Shown here: one piece after another, positions 51,334 to 52,522 of the stretch | Numbering within the stretch: position 1 is the first letter of the stretch | How the letters are laid out: every line of letters begins with the position of its first letter | Source: a virus | Taxonomy: Duplodnaviria > Caudoviricetes | Length of the DNA: 52,522 nucleotides | Reading direction: 5' to 3' (one strand) | Virus record (IMG/VR): IMGVR_UViG_3300037150_000196 | Coordinates: 1 to 52,522 of that record | The notes under the pieces: generated by a model | The model's input: only the letters and a program-made list of their open reading frames with translations | Databases searched by the model: none | What the model was told of the DNA's origin: nothing | Translations under genes and position numbers: made by a program

Positions 51334-51363
51334 ATCGTGGGGGTAAGGAGTGGGTTGTGTCAA
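51334..51363 (-). promoter_or_regulatory. Late-type promoter followed by an 18-bp palindrome (51314-51331)
   Basis: TTGACA-18-CACGAT with ACCCC; palindrome AGTTATATTAATATAACT. Confidence 0.6.
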
Positions 51364-51392
51364 GAGCTGTTTTGAGTTTAGATTAGTTAAAA

Positions 51393-51761
51393 CTAACTTC
51401 GCTCAATTAGTAGGTCAACATTGAATATCTGGTTAGCTATTTCATTACCAGAACTTGTAATCGTAAAGGTATAGTTAACACCACATAGGGGAATCTGGAA
51501 ATAATTATTATTAGTATCAACTAGGAAGGTTGTCTTGCCACCTTGAGCAATAGCGACTTTAGAGAAGACTGCGTAACCATTATCATCAGTAATCGTAAGA
51601 GTTACTGTATGACCAGATACTAAAGCTGGGACAGTCACACCAATTCCCCTTAAAATACCGTTAACAGAAATCCCAGTAGCTGTAGCTACGGTGGCACTTG
51701 TTTGGTAAGCCAAATTAAGTACGGTTGTCTGTCTTTGTATAGGGAATTGATGTACTGACAT
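51393..51761 (-). CDS. Structural protein (hypothetical)
   Basis: Beta-rich; lies in the head-to-tail cluster. Confidence 0.6.
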   Translation of the reverse strand: MSVHQFPIQRQTTVLNLAYQTSATVATATGISVNGILRGIGVTVPALVSGHTVTLTITDDNGYAVFSKVAIAQGGKTTFLVDTNNNYFQIPLCGVNYTFTITSSGNEIANQIFNVDLLIERS

Positions 51762-51766
51762 CAGGT

Positions 51767-52267
51767 TTATTTAGTTGTCTTGCTCGGTGTTTCCTCTACT
51801 GTTTCGGTTGTGTCTTCGGTCGGAGTTTCAGTTTCTGGAGTTGGTTCATCTTCAGATGAGTCGAGTTCAATACCATCATCAGCAACTGGGGTTTCTACGA
51901 CTGGCTCTACTACAGGAGCTACTTCTGGAGTTAAATCTGCGGCAGTGTTCTCAACACTTGGAGTTTCAGGGGTAGTTACCACTGGCTGACCTTGTAAAGT
52001 AGTTCTTATAGCTTCTATTAGATCAGATTGTAAACCATATCCAGTTGGGTTAAGTCCTAAACTGGTAGCGTAAGCTGCGCGCTCCGGCACGGTCATATTG
52101 TAGAAGTCTGGTTTTTTATCAGCTTCTGGGGCTATAGAATCAGATACCTTAGCGGCAACACCTAGACGAATTAACTCAAGAGCTTCGTTATCACCAAGGT
52201 CGAACTCATCGCCAACCTGGTGAAGACCGAAGTCACTTTTAATATTACTTATTGCTTTTATTTTCAT
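51767..52267 (-). CDS. Head-associated small-domain protein with an acidic tail
   Basis: AAGGAGG SD; GDEFDL...EA.ELIRLGVA motif common in genes after capsid genes. Confidence 0.6.
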   Translation of the reverse strand: MKIKAISNIKSDFGLHQVGDEFDLGDNEALELIRLGVAAKVSDSIAPEADKKPDFYNMTVPERAAYATSLGLNPTGYGLQSDLIEAIRTTLQGQPVVTTPETPSVENTAADLTPEVAPVVEPVVETPVADDGIELDSSEDEPTPETETPTEDTTETVEETPSKTTK

Positions 52268-52290
52268 TGTCTTTTTTCCTCCTTATTTTT

Positions 52291-52522
52291 TTAAGCTGTT
52301 GTTAGGTAACTCTTACTCGCTAGTTCACCGGTAATATAGTTAGCCTGGAAATTCAACGTACCATTTAAGGCCGTGTTGAAAGCAACGGTATTTAATGAGA
52401 TCGCTGTTGCACTAGTCGTTACAGTTGCACGAGTTGCTTCAAAAGTTCCACTAGCAGAACCACTTATGTACATATCGGTCGCAATATTCGTACCATTTTT
52501 AGTGATATACATAAACTTTTCA
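52291..52522 (-). CDS. 3' part of the junction-spanning structural gene (starts at 537)
   Basis: In frame with 537..1 through the terminal overlap. Confidence 0.75.
   Translation of the reverse strand, partial: EKFMYITKNGTNIATDMYISGSASGTFEATRATVTTSATAISLNTVAFNTALNGTLNFQANYITGELASKSYLTTA
52396..52522. repeat. Terminal direct repeat, right copy
   Basis: Identical to 1-127. Confidence 0.95.

Noticed and set aside
546-52267. Stop-codon reassignment
   Set aside because: Core genes are full length under code 11, and TAA, TAG and TGA all occur at gene ends next to downstream starts.
52396-52522. 127-bp terminal repeat as a biological DTR
   Set aside because: The length equals a common assembler k-mer and the repeat cuts through a gene, so an assembly overlap is the better explanation.

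Overview
The window is an apparently complete ~52.4 kb circular or circularly permuted tailed-phage genome; bases 1-127 are repeated exactly at 52396-52522. The minus strand carries packaging and head genes (ParB-like, two DNA methyltransferases, TerS/TerL, Mu gp29-like portal, gpF-like head protein, protease/scaffold, decoration, major capsid), siphovirus-type tail genes, repeat-rich fibre genes and a lysis cassette. The plus strand (about 12.7-28.8 kb) carries replication, recombination and early genes (initiator, DnaB-like helicase, ERF-like annealing protein, two sigma70-region-4-only proteins, many small ORFs) plus a second, mirror-image lysis cassette. I saw no integrase, repressor, tRNA or CRISPR array. 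The main finding is a 270-aa intein in the gpF-like gene. It begins with Ala rather than Cys/Ser and has no endonuclease motif in its own frame. The opposite strand encodes a codon-aligned 234-aa HTH + DUF559/Vsr-like nuclease entirely inside it, a candidate antisense-encoded homing endonuclease. Other signals include repeated ATA/ATT start codons, a leaderless late-promoter class, several structured intergenic RNAs, a +1/-2 tail-chaperone shift site and low-complexity repeat arrays. All family assignments come from motif recognition by eye; no searches were run.
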